A stretch of DNA of 64,000 nucleotides from Terriglobia bacterium (GCA_035501695.1 DATJVT010000240.1:1389-65388), one strand, 5' to 3'; numbered from the stretch's first letter, positions 47,556 to 59,531 are shown. Made by a program: numbers and translations. Notes: generated by a model from the sequence alone, not told the origin.

Positions 47556-47699
47556 ATGTGCAACGTCTACCTGGTCGTCGCGTATGGACTGCTTTGGGGC
47601 ATTTTCGCCGTCTATGCCTGGATGTTGCATGGCCGGCAGCAACACCTCGAGAAGGAAGTGGAAGCCCTCAAGAACGCCATGGGGAACCAGAAAGCATAG
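47556..47699 (+). CDS. ccmD: Heme exporter protein CcmD (47 aa; below the ORF-track size cut-off)
   Basis: My own translation: MCNVYLVVAYGLLWGIFAVYAWMLHGRQQHLEKEVEALKNAMGNQKA. It has a single TM helix with the Y..VAYG pattern, starts 1 nt after the ccmC stop, and sits in the canonical ccmD position. Confidence 0.7.
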   Translation: MCNVYLVVAYGLLWGIFAVYAWMLHGRQQHLEKEVEALKNAMGNQKA

Positions 47700-47725
47700 G
47701 GGCGTGGAAACGCCGAAGGGCGTCG

Positions 47726-49282
47726 TTATTCGTCCCCCGTAATGCCCGGATCAGCGTGCATGAGCTTGTAGGTCGTATAGACTGTAATGCTCAAATCGGG
47801 GAGCACATCCGTAAAAGCCGGCTTGGCAGTGGAGACCTCCCGTGTGTCGAGGGGATTCAACTCAAAGCCGGGTTTTTCCATTGAGCCCTCCGTCACCTGG
47901 TATTTATATAGCGTCGTTGACCGCTCCAGGTTGGCCAAGAAAAGGTTGATGGGCTGATCTCCCTCCGACTTGTTGAGGATCAATATGGTCATGTTTCCGC
48001 GCGGGCTGCGGGAGGCGGTGGCCACAAGATCGGGGCCGTCGCACTTTGACTCCAACACGCTGGAGTGTTTGGCCAGGAACCGGGTAATTATTCCATAAGA
48101 GTAATATGGAACCGGTTCCGGCTCCACTCGCCGGAGGTATTGCCAATCATTCACGTCGAAGGTTCGCACCAACTGCCATTGCCCGTCCAAGTCCCCACGG
48201 TTGGTGAAACTCCAGCGGTTAAAACCGTCCACGCCCACGTTCATTCCCTGAATGACCTTTTCCGCGTTGACCAGTTGATTCGAATAGCTCTTGGGCGTCA
48301 CCGACTCATGATTATTGAAGGGATTGTCGCCACCCCAATCGCCGAACTCCGATTGGAAGAAGGGGATGCCGCGCGCGTGGGCCTTGTCCGCCCAGAGCTT
48401 TTGCAGAGGGGTATTGGGAAAGTAGGCGTAATTGTGTGCGTCGAAGGCTGCGACCACCGGGTCGGCGAAATCGAATTCCGTAGTGTTCTGCCCCATGCTG
48501 CTCCAGTCGGGAGCTGAGAGACCCACGGCAACGCCGCGCTTGTCCAATTCGGCCCGCACGGCATGAAGGGCCGGCATCAAGCTGACGGCCTTGCCGTCAG
48601 GACCCTGCCACCAGCTCCATTCGTATCCTGGCTCGTTGACGATGCACAGCCATCGTATGCATGTGTAGTGTTTAGTCTTGACGAGGTGTTCCATAAGGGT
48701 CGCCAACCCCTGGGCAAAATCATCCACGGATTTGGGGGCGCTCTGGAGCCGCCCCGCTCCCGGGAACTCGTTCCATTTCACATCAGCCCACATTTGCGTG
48801 AAAAACACATCCACATCATTCCGCTGGCAATGGTCGAGAATCCGGTAGAGGGTCTGCATTTGATCGTTTTGCCAGTCAAACTTTCCACGCTCGGGTTCGT
48901 ACATGCGCATGTCGATTTCCACGCGGATGAAGTCCAACCCCAACCAGCGCGCGTGCCTGCTCAGGTCGCTCCATGCCTCCGTGTACTCCAGCGGAGGGTT
49001 GCCGCCCCAGCCGCTGCCGCGCGAATTGCGATTCAATTTGCCGGTGATGAGGTCCTGGTACCAATAGGCTTCGGGCCCCATGGCGTGCCAGGAAGCGCCA
49101 GCTCCTCCCGCCATGGTGTGTTTTACAACCTGGGTGTCGATGCGAATCTCCGCCGTGGACGGCGTGGGACCATTGCCGGTCTGTCCTCCCACGTCACGGG
49201 TGATAGCCGGCAACAAGAGGAGTGCTGCGACGAGGGTTATGCGGGCTCCAAGACTGGCATGAGCGTGAAGAAATTTGTGCAT
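47726..49282 (-). CDS. Secreted glycoside hydrolase, clan GH-A (beta/alpha)8 barrel (family not assignable by eye)
   Basis: ORF 47726..49363. ATG 49282 gives a signal peptide MHKFLHAHASLGARITLVAALLLLPA. Candidate acid/base motif is CIVNEPG and candidate nucleophile motif is FQSEFGDWG. Confidence 0.6.
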   Translation of the reverse strand: MHKFLHAHASLGARITLVAALLLLPAITRDVGGQTGNGPTPSTAEIRIDTQVVKHTMAGGAGASWHAMGPEAYWYQDLITGKLNRNSRGSGWGGNPPLEYTEAWSDLSRHARWLGLDFIRVEIDMRMYEPERGKFDWQNDQMQTLYRILDHCQRNDVDVFFTQMWADVKWNEFPGAGRLQSAPKSVDDFAQGLATLMEHLVKTKHYTCIRWLCIVNEPGYEWSWWQGPDGKAVSLMPALHAVRAELDKRGVAVGLSAPDWSSMGQNTTEFDFADPVVAAFDAHNYAYFPNTPLQKLWADKAHARGIPFFQSEFGDWGGDNPFNNHESVTPKSYSNQLVNAEKVIQGMNVGVDGFNRWSFTNRGDLDGQWQLVRTFDVNDWQYLRRVEPEPVPYYSYGIITRFLAKHSSVLESKCDGPDLVATASRSPRGNMTILILNKSEGDQPINLFLANLERSTTLYKYQVTEGSMEKPGFELNPLDTREVSTAKPAFTDVLPDLSITVYTTYKLMHADPGITGDE

Positions 49283-49535
49283 TTTGCTTTCTCCCCCCCG
49301 GTATCGCGCTATAAAGATATGCCGTTCAGCCCGGGACATGTCGAAGTTAAGGGTCGGCTTCATAAGTATCGCAGGGCGGTGACGTGGCTCCCTTCGAGGA
49401 CCCGAGTACCGCGCACTGCGGCGGATATCTTATACGCAAACTCCAGCTCCGACCAAATGGTCTTCACCTTCCTTGGCTTCGCCTTGATGCCAAAGGCCTC
49501 CAATAGTAAACTTGAAATCGGAGACCTCCACTCGT

Positions 49536-50639
49536 ATGCCAACCGATTACGACCGCAGACCCAATCCTGAGGTGCTCCTCAAGCAGTTGGACGCACAGGA
49601 CGAGCAACTCCAACACGAACGATTGAAGGTCTTTCTGGGGTATGCCTCCGGAGTGGGGAAATCCTTTCGCATGCTGGATGAGGGCCGGCGCCGGCGCGCT
49701 CGCGGACAGGATGTGGTGATTGGAGCAATCCAGCAGAAACTGCCGCCCGAACTCGAGCACCTGCTGGAAACCATGGAGGTCGTTCCCCTTAAGAAGATTG
49801 GCGGGGGCGAGGCCATGGATGTTGAGGCGATTCTGCGCCGCCACCCGCAGGTCTGCCTGGTTGACGGGGTAGCGTATAACAATCCCCCGGGCAGCAAGAA
49901 TCCCACCCGCTGGCTGGATGTCGAGGATCTCCTGGCGGCCGGAATCGTCGTGATTACCTCCGTCAACCTCCAGCACATTGAAGAGCGGCGTGCTGCCGTG
50001 GAGAGAATCACCGGCAAGCGCGTAACGGATACCGTGCCGGAGCGATTTCTTTACAACGCCAACGAGATTGTCATTGTCGATGTGCCGCCCGAACTCTTGC
50101 TGGAGCGGGCCGGAACGCCCTCCGCCGCGGATCCGGCGGTAGCAGATACACCCCGGCGCCTTTCCGCTTTACGGGAGATCGCCTTGCTGCTGGCTGCCGA
50201 GGTGGTTGACCGGCAGCTTGAGGACTATCTTCTTGCCCACGGGATCGAGCCGCAGTGGGGCACCCAGGAGCGCATCCTCGTGTGCCTGACCCGCGGCGCC
50301 AATATCGCCGCCATGCTGGCCAGCGGAAAACGTAACGCGGAACGTTTCCAGGGAGAACTCTTCGCCGTGTACCTCCGCGAAGACCGGTACTCTGAGAAAG
50401 ACAGGAGTAATTTGGACGAGCAACTCCATCGGGCCGGGCAACTGGGAGCGCACACTGATGTGCTGGACGGTTATGACCCCGTGGAGACACTCATGGATTA
50501 CGCGCGCGTTCATCGGGTCACGCAAATCTTTGTCGGCCATCCCAGCCGTGTGCATTGGTGGGATCGTTTTCTGGGCGGCCCGCTGGACCGGCTTATCCGG
50601 GCTGCGGAAGGGATCGACGTGCGGCTGTTTCCGCACTGA
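49536..50639 (+). CDS. KdpD N-terminal sensor domain + USP-like domain protein (no transmembrane or kinase part), copy 1
   Basis: ORF 49512..50639. Contains LKVFLGYASGVGKSFRML (P-loop-like), ...VVITSVNLQHIE... and a USP-like C-half. It ends without a DUF4118 or HisKA domain. Confidence 0.75.
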   Translation: MPTDYDRRPNPEVLLKQLDAQDEQLQHERLKVFLGYASGVGKSFRMLDEGRRRRARGQDVVIGAIQQKLPPELEHLLETMEVVPLKKIGGGEAMDVEAILRRHPQVCLVDGVAYNNPPGSKNPTRWLDVEDLLAAGIVVITSVNLQHIEERRAAVERITGKRVTDTVPERFLYNANEIVIVDVPPELLLERAGTPSAADPAVADTPRRLSALREIALLLAAEVVDRQLEDYLLAHGIEPQWGTQERILVCLTRGANIAAMLASGKRNAERFQGELFAVYLREDRYSEKDRSNLDEQLHRAGQLGAHTDVLDGYDPVETLMDYARVHRVTQIFVGHPSRVHWWDRFLGGPLDRLIRAAEGIDVRLFPH

Positions 50640-50650
50640 AAAACGGCTTG

Positions 50651-50747
50651 CAGCTGTCAGCTTTCAGCTCTCAGCAAATACGTGGTCGTGCCAGACCGGT
50701 CACGCTTTCGCGTGGGGCTTAAAGATGACAGCTGAGAGCTAAGAGCT
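50651..50747 (+). repeat. Heptamer-arm hairpin element E11 (CAGCTGT/CAGCTTT/CAGCTCT/CAGCAAA versus GACAGCT/GAGAGCT/AAGAGCT)
   Basis: Located between the two KdpD-N genes. The arms are reverse-complementary (AGCTTTCAGCTCTCAGC versus GCTGAGAGCTAAGAGCT). The centre is about 50 nt and unique. Confidence 0.8.
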
Positions 50748-50751
50748 ACTC

Positions 50752-51903
50752 ATGGATGCCACCTCTCACAAACGCGGCAGGTTGAAAGTCTACTTGGGGT
50801 TTGCCGCCGGCGTCGGCAAGACCTACCAGATGTTGGCCGACGCCCACGAATTGGTCAAGCGGGGCGTTGACGTCGTCATCGGCTATCTCGAGCCCCACGG
50901 CCGCAAAGACACCATTGCGCAGGCCGAAGGGCTGGAGTTGATTCCACGCTGCAAAATGGAATATCGGGGAGCGGTGTTCGAGGAGATGAACATGAAGGCC
51001 ATCCTCGAACGTCATCCGGAAGTGTGCGTGGTGGATGAGTTGCCCCATACCAACGTGCCGGGCTCGACCCACTTGAAGCGCTGGGAGAGCGTGCTGGAAC
51101 TGCTGGACGCGGGCATCGACGTCATGACCACCATGAATATCCAGCACCTCGAGAGCCTGAACGACCAGGTCAGGGACATGACCGGGGTACGGGTGCGCGA
51201 GACAATTCCCGACTGGGTCATGAAGCAAGCCGATGAAGTCGTCATGGTGGACCTTACCCCGCAGGCTCTCATCAATCGCATGGAGCGCGGCGTGGTCTAC
51301 CCACCGGAAAAGGCTCAGCGCGCCTTGCAGAATTTCTTCAAGGAATCGACGCTCGTCGCCTTGCGCGAAATCGCCTTGCGGCAGACGGCACTGGAGGTGC
51401 AGATCCGCCAGGTCATCTCACCCGAATCTCCCGCCGTAGATGCCCCCCCTACGGCGGAGGCGGAGGCGAAGGAACCTGACGATTTCGGCACCCCCAATGA
51501 CCGGATTCTGGTTTACATCACCGAACATCCCTCCACGGCCATGCTCATTCGTCGCGGGCGGCGGGTGGCGGACTATCTCCAGGCGGATTGTTTTGCGGTC
51601 TTCGTCCACGACGAAATCGATTTTAATGCCCTTCCGACGCCCAAGCGCGAAGCCGTCGAGCGGCACCTCAATTTCGCGCGCAACCTGCATATTGAGACCC
51701 GGGTTCTGCAAGGCGAGGATATCGCCATCACCCTGATCGACTTCGCGCGTCTCCACAACATCACGCAGGTTTTTATGGTGCGCCCCCAATATTCTCCCTG
51801 GGAGGGATTTATCGGGCGCAATCTCATCCATCGCATCGTCCGCAACGCACGCGATATGCAGGTGACGATCGTGGCCGAACGCCACCCCGGCCGGCGCGAT
51901 TGA
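50752..51903 (+). CDS. KdpD N-terminal sensor domain + USP-like domain protein, copy 2
   Basis: 383 aa with LKVYLGFAAGVGKTYQML, ...VMTTMNIQHLESLND... and a USP-like C-half. It is a paralog of the preceding gene. Confidence 0.75.
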   Translation: MDATSHKRGRLKVYLGFAAGVGKTYQMLADAHELVKRGVDVVIGYLEPHGRKDTIAQAEGLELIPRCKMEYRGAVFEEMNMKAILERHPEVCVVDELPHTNVPGSTHLKRWESVLELLDAGIDVMTTMNIQHLESLNDQVRDMTGVRVRETIPDWVMKQADEVVMVDLTPQALINRMERGVVYPPEKAQRALQNFFKESTLVALREIALRQTALEVQIRQVISPESPAVDAPPTAEAEAKEPDDFGTPNDRILVYITEHPSTAMLIRRGRRVADYLQADCFAVFVHDEIDFNALPTPKREAVERHLNFARNLHIETRVLQGEDIAITLIDFARLHNITQVFMVRPQYSPWEGFIGRNLIHRIVRNARDMQVTIVAERHPGRRD

Positions 51904-51985
51904 GAAGAGGGATTGAACCTCGGCAGTAGAAACCTGGAGGCGGTGACAGAAGGTCCGACGGCGACTGAAATCGGGAAGAGCGTGT

Positions 51986-54457
51986 TCACTCGGCACGTAG
52001 AGCATCCACAGGGTCCACGGTTGCCGCTCGCCGGGAGGGCAGATAGCTGGCGAGCACCGCCGTGGAAATGAGTCCGAGTGACGCTACTGCATAGGTGACA
52101 GGGTCTAGCGGGCTCACTTTAAACAGAAACGATGACATCAGGCGCATCAGACCGAAGGCTGCGCCCAATCCGCAGGCAACCCCCACGCCCGCCAGCAACA
52201 ACCCATGACCTACGAACATCGCAGTGAGCTGTTCCTGCTGCGCGCCCAGCGCCGCGCGAATGCCGATCTCCCGCGTCCGCTGCGAAACGGAATAGGCGAT
52301 GACTCCGTACAGACCCACGATGCCCAGCATCAATGCCATCGCCCCCGCCACCCCCAACATCACCAGCGTGAACGAGGCCCGGGCCATCGACTTCTGATAG
52401 ATGGATCCGAGACTCTGCGCATCCGCCAGCGGCAGATTGGAACTCACTGACCACACTGCTTGCCGCAACTCTTTGGCAAAGCTCTCCGAACCGACGCGAG
52501 GGCTGCGGACGGTGAAGGCCAGGTTGCGCCGCACCATGGGTGATTGATCGAAGAAACGCTTCATCAGGATAGGCCAGTACGCGGAGGCCGGTGCGTCCTG
52601 ATTCAACCCATCATCGTGGACGTCACCCGTGACGCCGACGATTTCAAACCAGTCGTCCTTGGGGCCCGTCCGGACGCGCTTGCCCAACGCGTTGGCTGCG
52701 TTGCCCCAGTAGTCCCGAGCCAGGTTCTCGGAAACCATGACCACCGGCCTCATGCTGTAAACATCGCTCCAGGTGAAGTCGCGACCGGCCACCAGCGGAA
52801 CACCCAGGGTCTTGAAGTAAGCAGGCGATACGAATCTGAAGTGCCGCAGTGGGGCCAACTGGTCCACCCCGTAAGCACGATCCTCCGCATAAACGGGATT
52901 GATGCTGTCATCCCCATTCATCGGGATCCCGGAGCCCAGACCAACCGAGGCGACGCCGGGAATTGCCCCGATTTTCCTGACGATTTCCTCCTGCATGCGG
53001 ACGACCTTTTCGGCAGCGGGGACCTCCGCTTCGGGAATGGATATCCAGAATATCTGAACTTCGGCAGGCTGGCGGAATCCGGGCTGCACCTGCGTCAAAG
53101 CGTGGAAAGTGCGAATCATGAGACCGGAGGAGATCAGCAAAACGAGTCCCAAAGCCACCTGGACGACCACCAGCGTATTGCGCGCGCGATGCCGCTCGCG
53201 GCTTTCACTCAGCGTGCGCCCTCCCTCCCGCAAACCCGTACCCAGGCCTACGCCGGCGTATTTGAACACCGGGACCAAGCCAAAGAGGAGGCTCGATGCG
53301 AGCGCCACCCCCAGAGTAAACAGCAGGACTCGCGCATCGATGCCGATCTCCGCCAGGCGAGGCAAGCCGGCCGGCGCCATCGCAACGAGCACGCGCAGGG
53401 CCACGCAGGCGATACCCAACCCCAGCAAGCTGCCGGCCAGGCTGAGAGTAAGGCTTTCGAAGAGCAACTCGGCGGCGATGCGTCCCCGGGTCGCACCCAT
53501 CGCAGCGCGGATGGCCAGGTCCTGTTGGCGCCCTTCCGCCCTCACCAGCAGAAGGTTGGCCACATTCGCGCACGCAATCAGCAGCACCAAGCCAATGCTT
53601 CCCATCAGAACCCACAGGACCTTATCCACATCGCCCACCACGTCATGCTTCAAGGGCCGCACGTACGGACCAATCCGCGCCTCTTCAAATAATTTGGGGC
53701 TGAAGCCGGGTGGCGGCGGAAAACTGCTGTTGACGATGGGGAGCATGCGCGCCACATCGGCGTTGGCTTGGTCAATAGTCGCGCCAGGTTTAAGCCTGGC
53801 CAACCCAGGGTAGCTGAAATTCCCTACGAATGCCTTGCTGCGATCGAGTTGCAAAGGCATGATGAGTGCGGGTTCTCCGTTATCCAGAAAGCGGAAGCCC
53901 TCCGGCATCACGCCGATCACCTGGCGAGCCTTTCCGTCCACCTGGATGCTGCGCCCCACCAGGGAGGCGTCGCCGCCGAACTTGCGCCGCCAGTATCCCC
54001 ACGACAACATCACGGTGTCGGGACTACCCGGCAACTCGTCCGTTTCATTGAACCACCGACCCCGCGCCGGGGGCAGGCCCAGAGCCGGAAGTGTTCCATA
54101 CGTGACATAGAGGGAGTCCACCTTCTCCGGATCGGCCTTTCCGGTAACGGTAGCGGAACCGGTATTGTACGCACCGAAGGTCTGGAAGGTGCGGTTTTGT
54201 TCGTGAAAAACAAAGTAGTTTGCTGGACCGAGTGGCACATCCTTGATCTTGAGACCGGGAGCAGTAAGCCACACGCCGACCAGGTCTCCAGGGTGGGGAT
54301 AAGGCAGAGGCTTCAGGAGAACGCCCTCTAGGACGCTGAAAACCGCGGTGTTCGCCCCTATTCCCACCGCGATCGTTGCCAGGGTGATCAGCGTGAACAT
54401 CGGCGCACGACGCAGCCTGCGTAGGACTTGTCTGAACTGACTGTTGAAGGACCTCAT
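51986..54457 (-). CDS. ADOP-family duplicated FtsX/MacB-type ABC transporter permease
   Basis: ORF 51986..54538. ATG 54457 has AGGAGG upstream. The N-terminus is ...LRRAPMFTLITLATIAVGIGANTAVFSV. There are two MacB-periplasmic-domain plus FtsX modules, and no adjacent ATPase gene. Confidence 0.8.
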   Translation of the reverse strand: MRSFNSQFRQVLRRLRRAPMFTLITLATIAVGIGANTAVFSVLEGVLLKPLPYPHPGDLVGVWLTAPGLKIKDVPLGPANYFVFHEQNRTFQTFGAYNTGSATVTGKADPEKVDSLYVTYGTLPALGLPPARGRWFNETDELPGSPDTVMLSWGYWRRKFGGDASLVGRSIQVDGKARQVIGVMPEGFRFLDNGEPALIMPLQLDRSKAFVGNFSYPGLARLKPGATIDQANADVARMLPIVNSSFPPPPGFSPKLFEEARIGPYVRPLKHDVVGDVDKVLWVLMGSIGLVLLIACANVANLLLVRAEGRQQDLAIRAAMGATRGRIAAELLFESLTLSLAGSLLGLGIACVALRVLVAMAPAGLPRLAEIGIDARVLLFTLGVALASSLLFGLVPVFKYAGVGLGTGLREGGRTLSESRERHRARNTLVVVQVALGLVLLISSGLMIRTFHALTQVQPGFRQPAEVQIFWISIPEAEVPAAEKVVRMQEEIVRKIGAIPGVASVGLGSGIPMNGDDSINPVYAEDRAYGVDQLAPLRHFRFVSPAYFKTLGVPLVAGRDFTWSDVYSMRPVVMVSENLARDYWGNAANALGKRVRTGPKDDWFEIVGVTGDVHDDGLNQDAPASAYWPILMKRFFDQSPMVRRNLAFTVRSPRVGSESFAKELRQAVWSVSSNLPLADAQSLGSIYQKSMARASFTLVMLGVAGAMALMLGIVGLYGVIAYSVSQRTREIGIRAALGAQQEQLTAMFVGHGLLLAGVGVACGLGAAFGLMRLMSSFLFKVSPLDPVTYAVASLGLISTAVLASYLPSRRAATVDPVDALRAE

Positions 54458-54609
54458 GAAATTACCTCCTGCGGGGATGCGTCGCTCTGCACTGCCAGCC
54501 GACGTTGCTTCTAAAAGGTCCATACGCTCGGGAGACACGCGAAGTTCCGCAGATGGCCGGCCCCCCGTTGGTCGGGAGGGGTTAAAATGCCACTACAGGA
54601 GACTTCATC

Positions 54610-55380
54610 ATGCCACAAAGCTCGGTTGTCAAACCCTATCGATGGCTGGCACAGCATTACGACAAGATGTTCGCCTCTTTTCGGGCCCCGCTCGATGCCG
54701 CCCGCGAGCGTGTGCTGAGCGGGATCTTGCCCGGGGTTGCGATCGCTTGCGATGTGGCGTGTGGCACGGGAATTACGGCTTTGATTTTGGCGCGCCGCGG
54801 AATCAAGGTATACGGAGTGGATCTGTCGCCCCACATGTGCCGGCTGGCTCGTGAAAAAGCGGGTCGCGCCCGCCTGCTCCTGCGCGTGCGGCGAGCCGAC
54901 ATGCGCAGCTTTCACTTGCCGGAAAAGGTCGACCTGATCACCTGCGAATACGATGCCCTGAACCATGTTCCTCTCCACGCCGACCTCGCGAAGGTCGTGG
55001 ACGCCGTGGCGAGAACGCTTCGCCCGGGTGGCTACTTCTTCTTCGACGTCAACAACCCTCGTGGCTTTGAGCGCTACTGGACAGGCACTTTCTGGCTGGA
55101 GAAGCCCGGCGTGGTGATGGTGATGCGCGGTGGGCATACACCGCAGGCCGACCGCGCGTGGATTGATATCGAATGGTTTGTCCGCGAAGGTAGCTGCTGG
55201 CGAAGGCACCACGAGCGGGTGGAAGAGGTCTGTTGGAGCGTCCCCGAAATCCGACTCACTCTGCGAAAGGCGGGCTTCGATGTGGTGCGCGCATGGGATG
55301 CGGCCCCCTTCTTCAGAAATGACCCGATGATTCGTCGCGGATGCCGCACCTTTTATCTGGCCCGCAAAGCGCGAGCATGA
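54610..55380 (+). CDS. Class I SAM-dependent methyltransferase
   Basis: 256 aa with motif I ACDVACGTGI. Confidence 0.75.
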   Translation: MPQSSVVKPYRWLAQHYDKMFASFRAPLDAARERVLSGILPGVAIACDVACGTGITALILARRGIKVYGVDLSPHMCRLAREKAGRARLLLRVRRADMRSFHLPEKVDLITCEYDALNHVPLHADLAKVVDAVARTLRPGGYFFFDVNNPRGFERYWTGTFWLEKPGVVMVMRGGHTPQADRAWIDIEWFVREGSCWRRHHERVEEVCWSVPEIRLTLRKAGFDVVRAWDAAPFFRNDPMIRRGCRTFYLARKARA

Positions 55381-55475
55381 ATGAGGATTCGTCGCCGACT
55401 ATGTAATAGCAAAGCGGCAGCAAACGGAACGATCCACGAACAGGTCGCAGGCCGGTGATGGCTGTCCACGCTGGG

Positions 55476-56372
55476 TCAGGCCTCCGGTGGCTTCTCGGCC
55501 AGGGCGCGGGCGACGTCGAGGAATCCCTGCGCCGCCGCCGACAGCGTAGTGTGCCGCCGGTAGATCAGCCGCAGCTTGCGCTGGATGCGCAGTTCGCTGA
55601 CCGGCAGGGCCACGAATTCGCCTCGTGCCAGCTCTTCCCGCACGCACATGCGCGGCACGAAGGCCACTCCCATCCCCATGGCCACGAATTTCTTGATAGT
55701 CTCCACGGTGGGCAGCTCCGCCGCAATCTGGAGCGGGGTGTGGTGGCGGGCAAAGGTCTCAATGACGCGCTGGCGGTAAGGCGAGGAGACGTTATGCGCG
55801 ATGAACTGCTCTCCCCCCAGGGCGCGGACGCTCACCTCCTTCGCCGCGGCGAGGGGATGGCGGGGCGGCACGATCAGGCAGAGTTCGTCCAGACTGACCA
55901 CCGTCGATTCCAGGTCGCGGTTCTGCGGGTTGTAGGAAAGGACTCCCAGCTCCACTTCGAAGCGCAGCAGGGCGCCGGGGATCTCGCGGGACAGACTGCG
56001 CTTCACCGCCACCTGCACGCGCGGATGGCGCTCGTGGAAACGCTTGAGGACCGGGAGCAGGTAAAGCGCCGTGCTCTCGTTGGCGCCGATGGTCACCCTG
56101 CCGCGCTCCAGCGCTCGCATTTCCTCCAGCGCCAGGTGCGCCTCCTGCCGCAGGTTGATGACCTTCTGTGCGTATCCGAACAACGTGGCTCCTGCCGCCG
56201 TCAGCACGCCGCTCTTGGTGGAGCGGTCCAGCAAGGGCTCACCCGCCCATTCCTCCAGCCGGCGCACCGCCTGGCTGACGGCCGGCTGGGTGCGCAGTAG
56301 ACGACCCGCGGCGCGCGAAAAACTCTTCTCCTCCACCACCGCCAGGAAAGCTTCAAGCTGGCTAAGTTCCAT
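55476..56372 (-). CDS. LysR family transcriptional regulator
   Basis: 298 aa with the N-terminal HTH MELSQLEAFLAVVEEKSFSRAAGRLLRTQPAVSQAVRRLE. It is divergent from leuA. Confidence 0.9.
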   Translation of the reverse strand: MELSQLEAFLAVVEEKSFSRAAGRLLRTQPAVSQAVRRLEEWAGEPLLDRSTKSGVLTAAGATLFGYAQKVINLRQEAHLALEEMRALERGRVTIGANESTALYLLPVLKRFHERHPRVQVAVKRSLSREIPGALLRFEVELGVLSYNPQNRDLESTVVSLDELCLIVPPRHPLAAAKEVSVRALGGEQFIAHNVSSPYRQRVIETFARHHTPLQIAAELPTVETIKKFVAMGMGVAFVPRMCVREELARGEFVALPVSELRIQRKLRLIYRRHTTLSAAAQGFLDVARALAEKPPEA

Positions 56373-56383
56373 TCCCGTCCTCC

Positions 56384-56400
56384 CATAAGATAGGCTTATG
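56384..56400. promoter_or_regulatory. Candidate LysR-type binding site (T-N11-A palindrome)
   Basis: CATAAG-ATAGG-CTTATG is a perfect 6-bp inverted repeat containing T-N11-A. It lies 12 nt upstream of the LysR start, in the LysR/leuA divergent region. Confidence 0.4.
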
Positions 56401-56522
56401 ATATCAGAAAAATTATAAACTTGACGCGGGCGTCCGACCGGTCGGAAAATCAGTGGCCACGGGGAAGACGTGGCCTATCGGGGGAATTTCCGACGGTTGG
56501 CAACCCACGGCAAGGAGAAAAG

Positions 56523-58115
<1,593 letters not shown>

Positions 58116-58335
58116 CGGAGACCAGGTGATAATTAGGGGAATATGCGGGCTGAGGAAGCAGAGGTGCGGTACCGCGAGGAAGACTTTCCATCGGTCGCCC
58201 TTATAAGTAACTGAAAAAACATAGGTTGTATTGCAGGCGGGCAATACCAGGACTGGGGCCAGCCTTCCGCCAATAACATCAATAAACTCTTGCATTTTCC
58301 TGTTCGTGTCACCTAAGATGTAGATAATTCAAGAT

Positions 58336-59442
58336 ATGCAGAGCCTCTATCGGATTGCGGTGTTGGCGGGCGACGGGATTGGGCCCGAGGTCACGGCGGA
58401 AGCCGTGAAAGTCCTTAAGGCCATTGAGGAAATCACTGGTCCTGCCTTCCGTTTCCAAAACGGCCTGATTGGCGGTTGCGCCCTCGACCAGACCGCTTCC
58501 CCTCTCCCTGCCGAGACCATCGCGATTTGCAACAACGCCAATGCCGTTCTCTTGGGCGCCGTGGGCGGTCCGCAATGGGACACCAAGCGGCCCGAGTCGC
58601 GACCCGAGGCAGGATTGTTGCAAATCCGCCAGCGGCTGGGGGTGTACGTGAACTTGCGCCCCGCGAGAGTCATCGACGCGCTCGTCGGCATTTCCGCCCT
58701 CAAGCCCGATCGCGTGCGGGGGACCGACCTGGTGATCGTCCGCGAATTGATGGGCGGGATCTATTTTGGAAATCCCCGCGGCATCTTCGCCAAGAATGGC
58801 GAGCGTTATGGCGTCAATACGGAAATCTATCGCGAGCACGAGGTGGAGCGTGTGGCGCACCGGGCTTTCCAGTTGGCGCGGTTGCGGCGGCGCAAAGTGA
58901 CATCCGTCGACAAGGCCAATGTGTTGGAATCCTCCCGCCTGTGGCGCGAGGTGGTGACGCGCATCGGCGGCTCCTACCCTGACGTCCAACTTAATCATCT
59001 CTACGTCGATAACTGCGCCATGCAGTTGATTGACAAACCCACCAGCTTCGACGTGGTCTTGACCAACAACATGTTTGGCGACATTTTGAGCGACGAAGCC
59101 GCCATGCTCACGGGTTCGATTGGCCTGTTGCCTTCCGCCAGCCTGGGCGAGCATTCCGCCTTGTATGAGCCGATACACGGCTCGGCGCCCGACATTGCCG
59201 GACGCAATCGCGCCAATCCTCTCGCCGCTATCGCTTCCGCCGCTCTCATGCTGCGTTACTCCCTGCACATGGAAGCCGCCGCTTCCGCCATCGAGCAGGC
59301 AATTGAGCGCATCCTGAAGCGTGGCGTGCGCACGGCCGAGATTCCCGGCAAGAATCGGCCCACTTCCACCACTCGCATGGGCGACCTCATTGCCGAGACG
59401 ACCCAAAAGATCTTGAAGTCGTCGCTGGCCAAGAGACGCTGA
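58336..59442 (+). CDS. leuB: 3-isopropylmalate dehydrogenase
   Basis: 368 aa with ...IAVLAGDGIGPEV..., ...NMFGDILSDEAAMLTGSIGLLPSASL... and ...YEPIHGSAPDIAG.... Confidence 0.9.
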   Translation: MQSLYRIAVLAGDGIGPEVTAEAVKVLKAIEEITGPAFRFQNGLIGGCALDQTASPLPAETIAICNNANAVLLGAVGGPQWDTKRPESRPEAGLLQIRQRLGVYVNLRPARVIDALVGISALKPDRVRGTDLVIVRELMGGIYFGNPRGIFAKNGERYGVNTEIYREHEVERVAHRAFQLARLRRRKVTSVDKANVLESSRLWREVVTRIGGSYPDVQLNHLYVDNCAMQLIDKPTSFDVVLTNNMFGDILSDEAAMLTGSIGLLPSASLGEHSALYEPIHGSAPDIAGRNRANPLAAIASAALMLRYSLHMEAAASAIEQAIERILKRGVRTAEIPGKNRPTSTTRMGDLIAETTQKILKSSLAKRR

Positions 59443-59531
59443 CAGCCGACAACTAACAGCCAACAATAAAGGGCCTTCCCTTCACACTCGACTGATAAGT
59501 CCCTGTCAGCTGTTAGCTGTCGGCTGTCAGC
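59438..59531. repeat. Heptamer-arm hairpin element E12 (GACAGCC/GACAACT/AACAGCC/AACAATA versus CTGTCAG/CTGTTAG/CTGTCGG/CTGTCAG) between convergent leuB and hydrolase genes
   Basis: Arms at 59438-59465 and 59504-59531 give 25 Watson-Crick pairs out of 28. The left arm contains the leuB stop codon and the right arm abuts the hydrolase stop codon. Confidence 0.85.
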
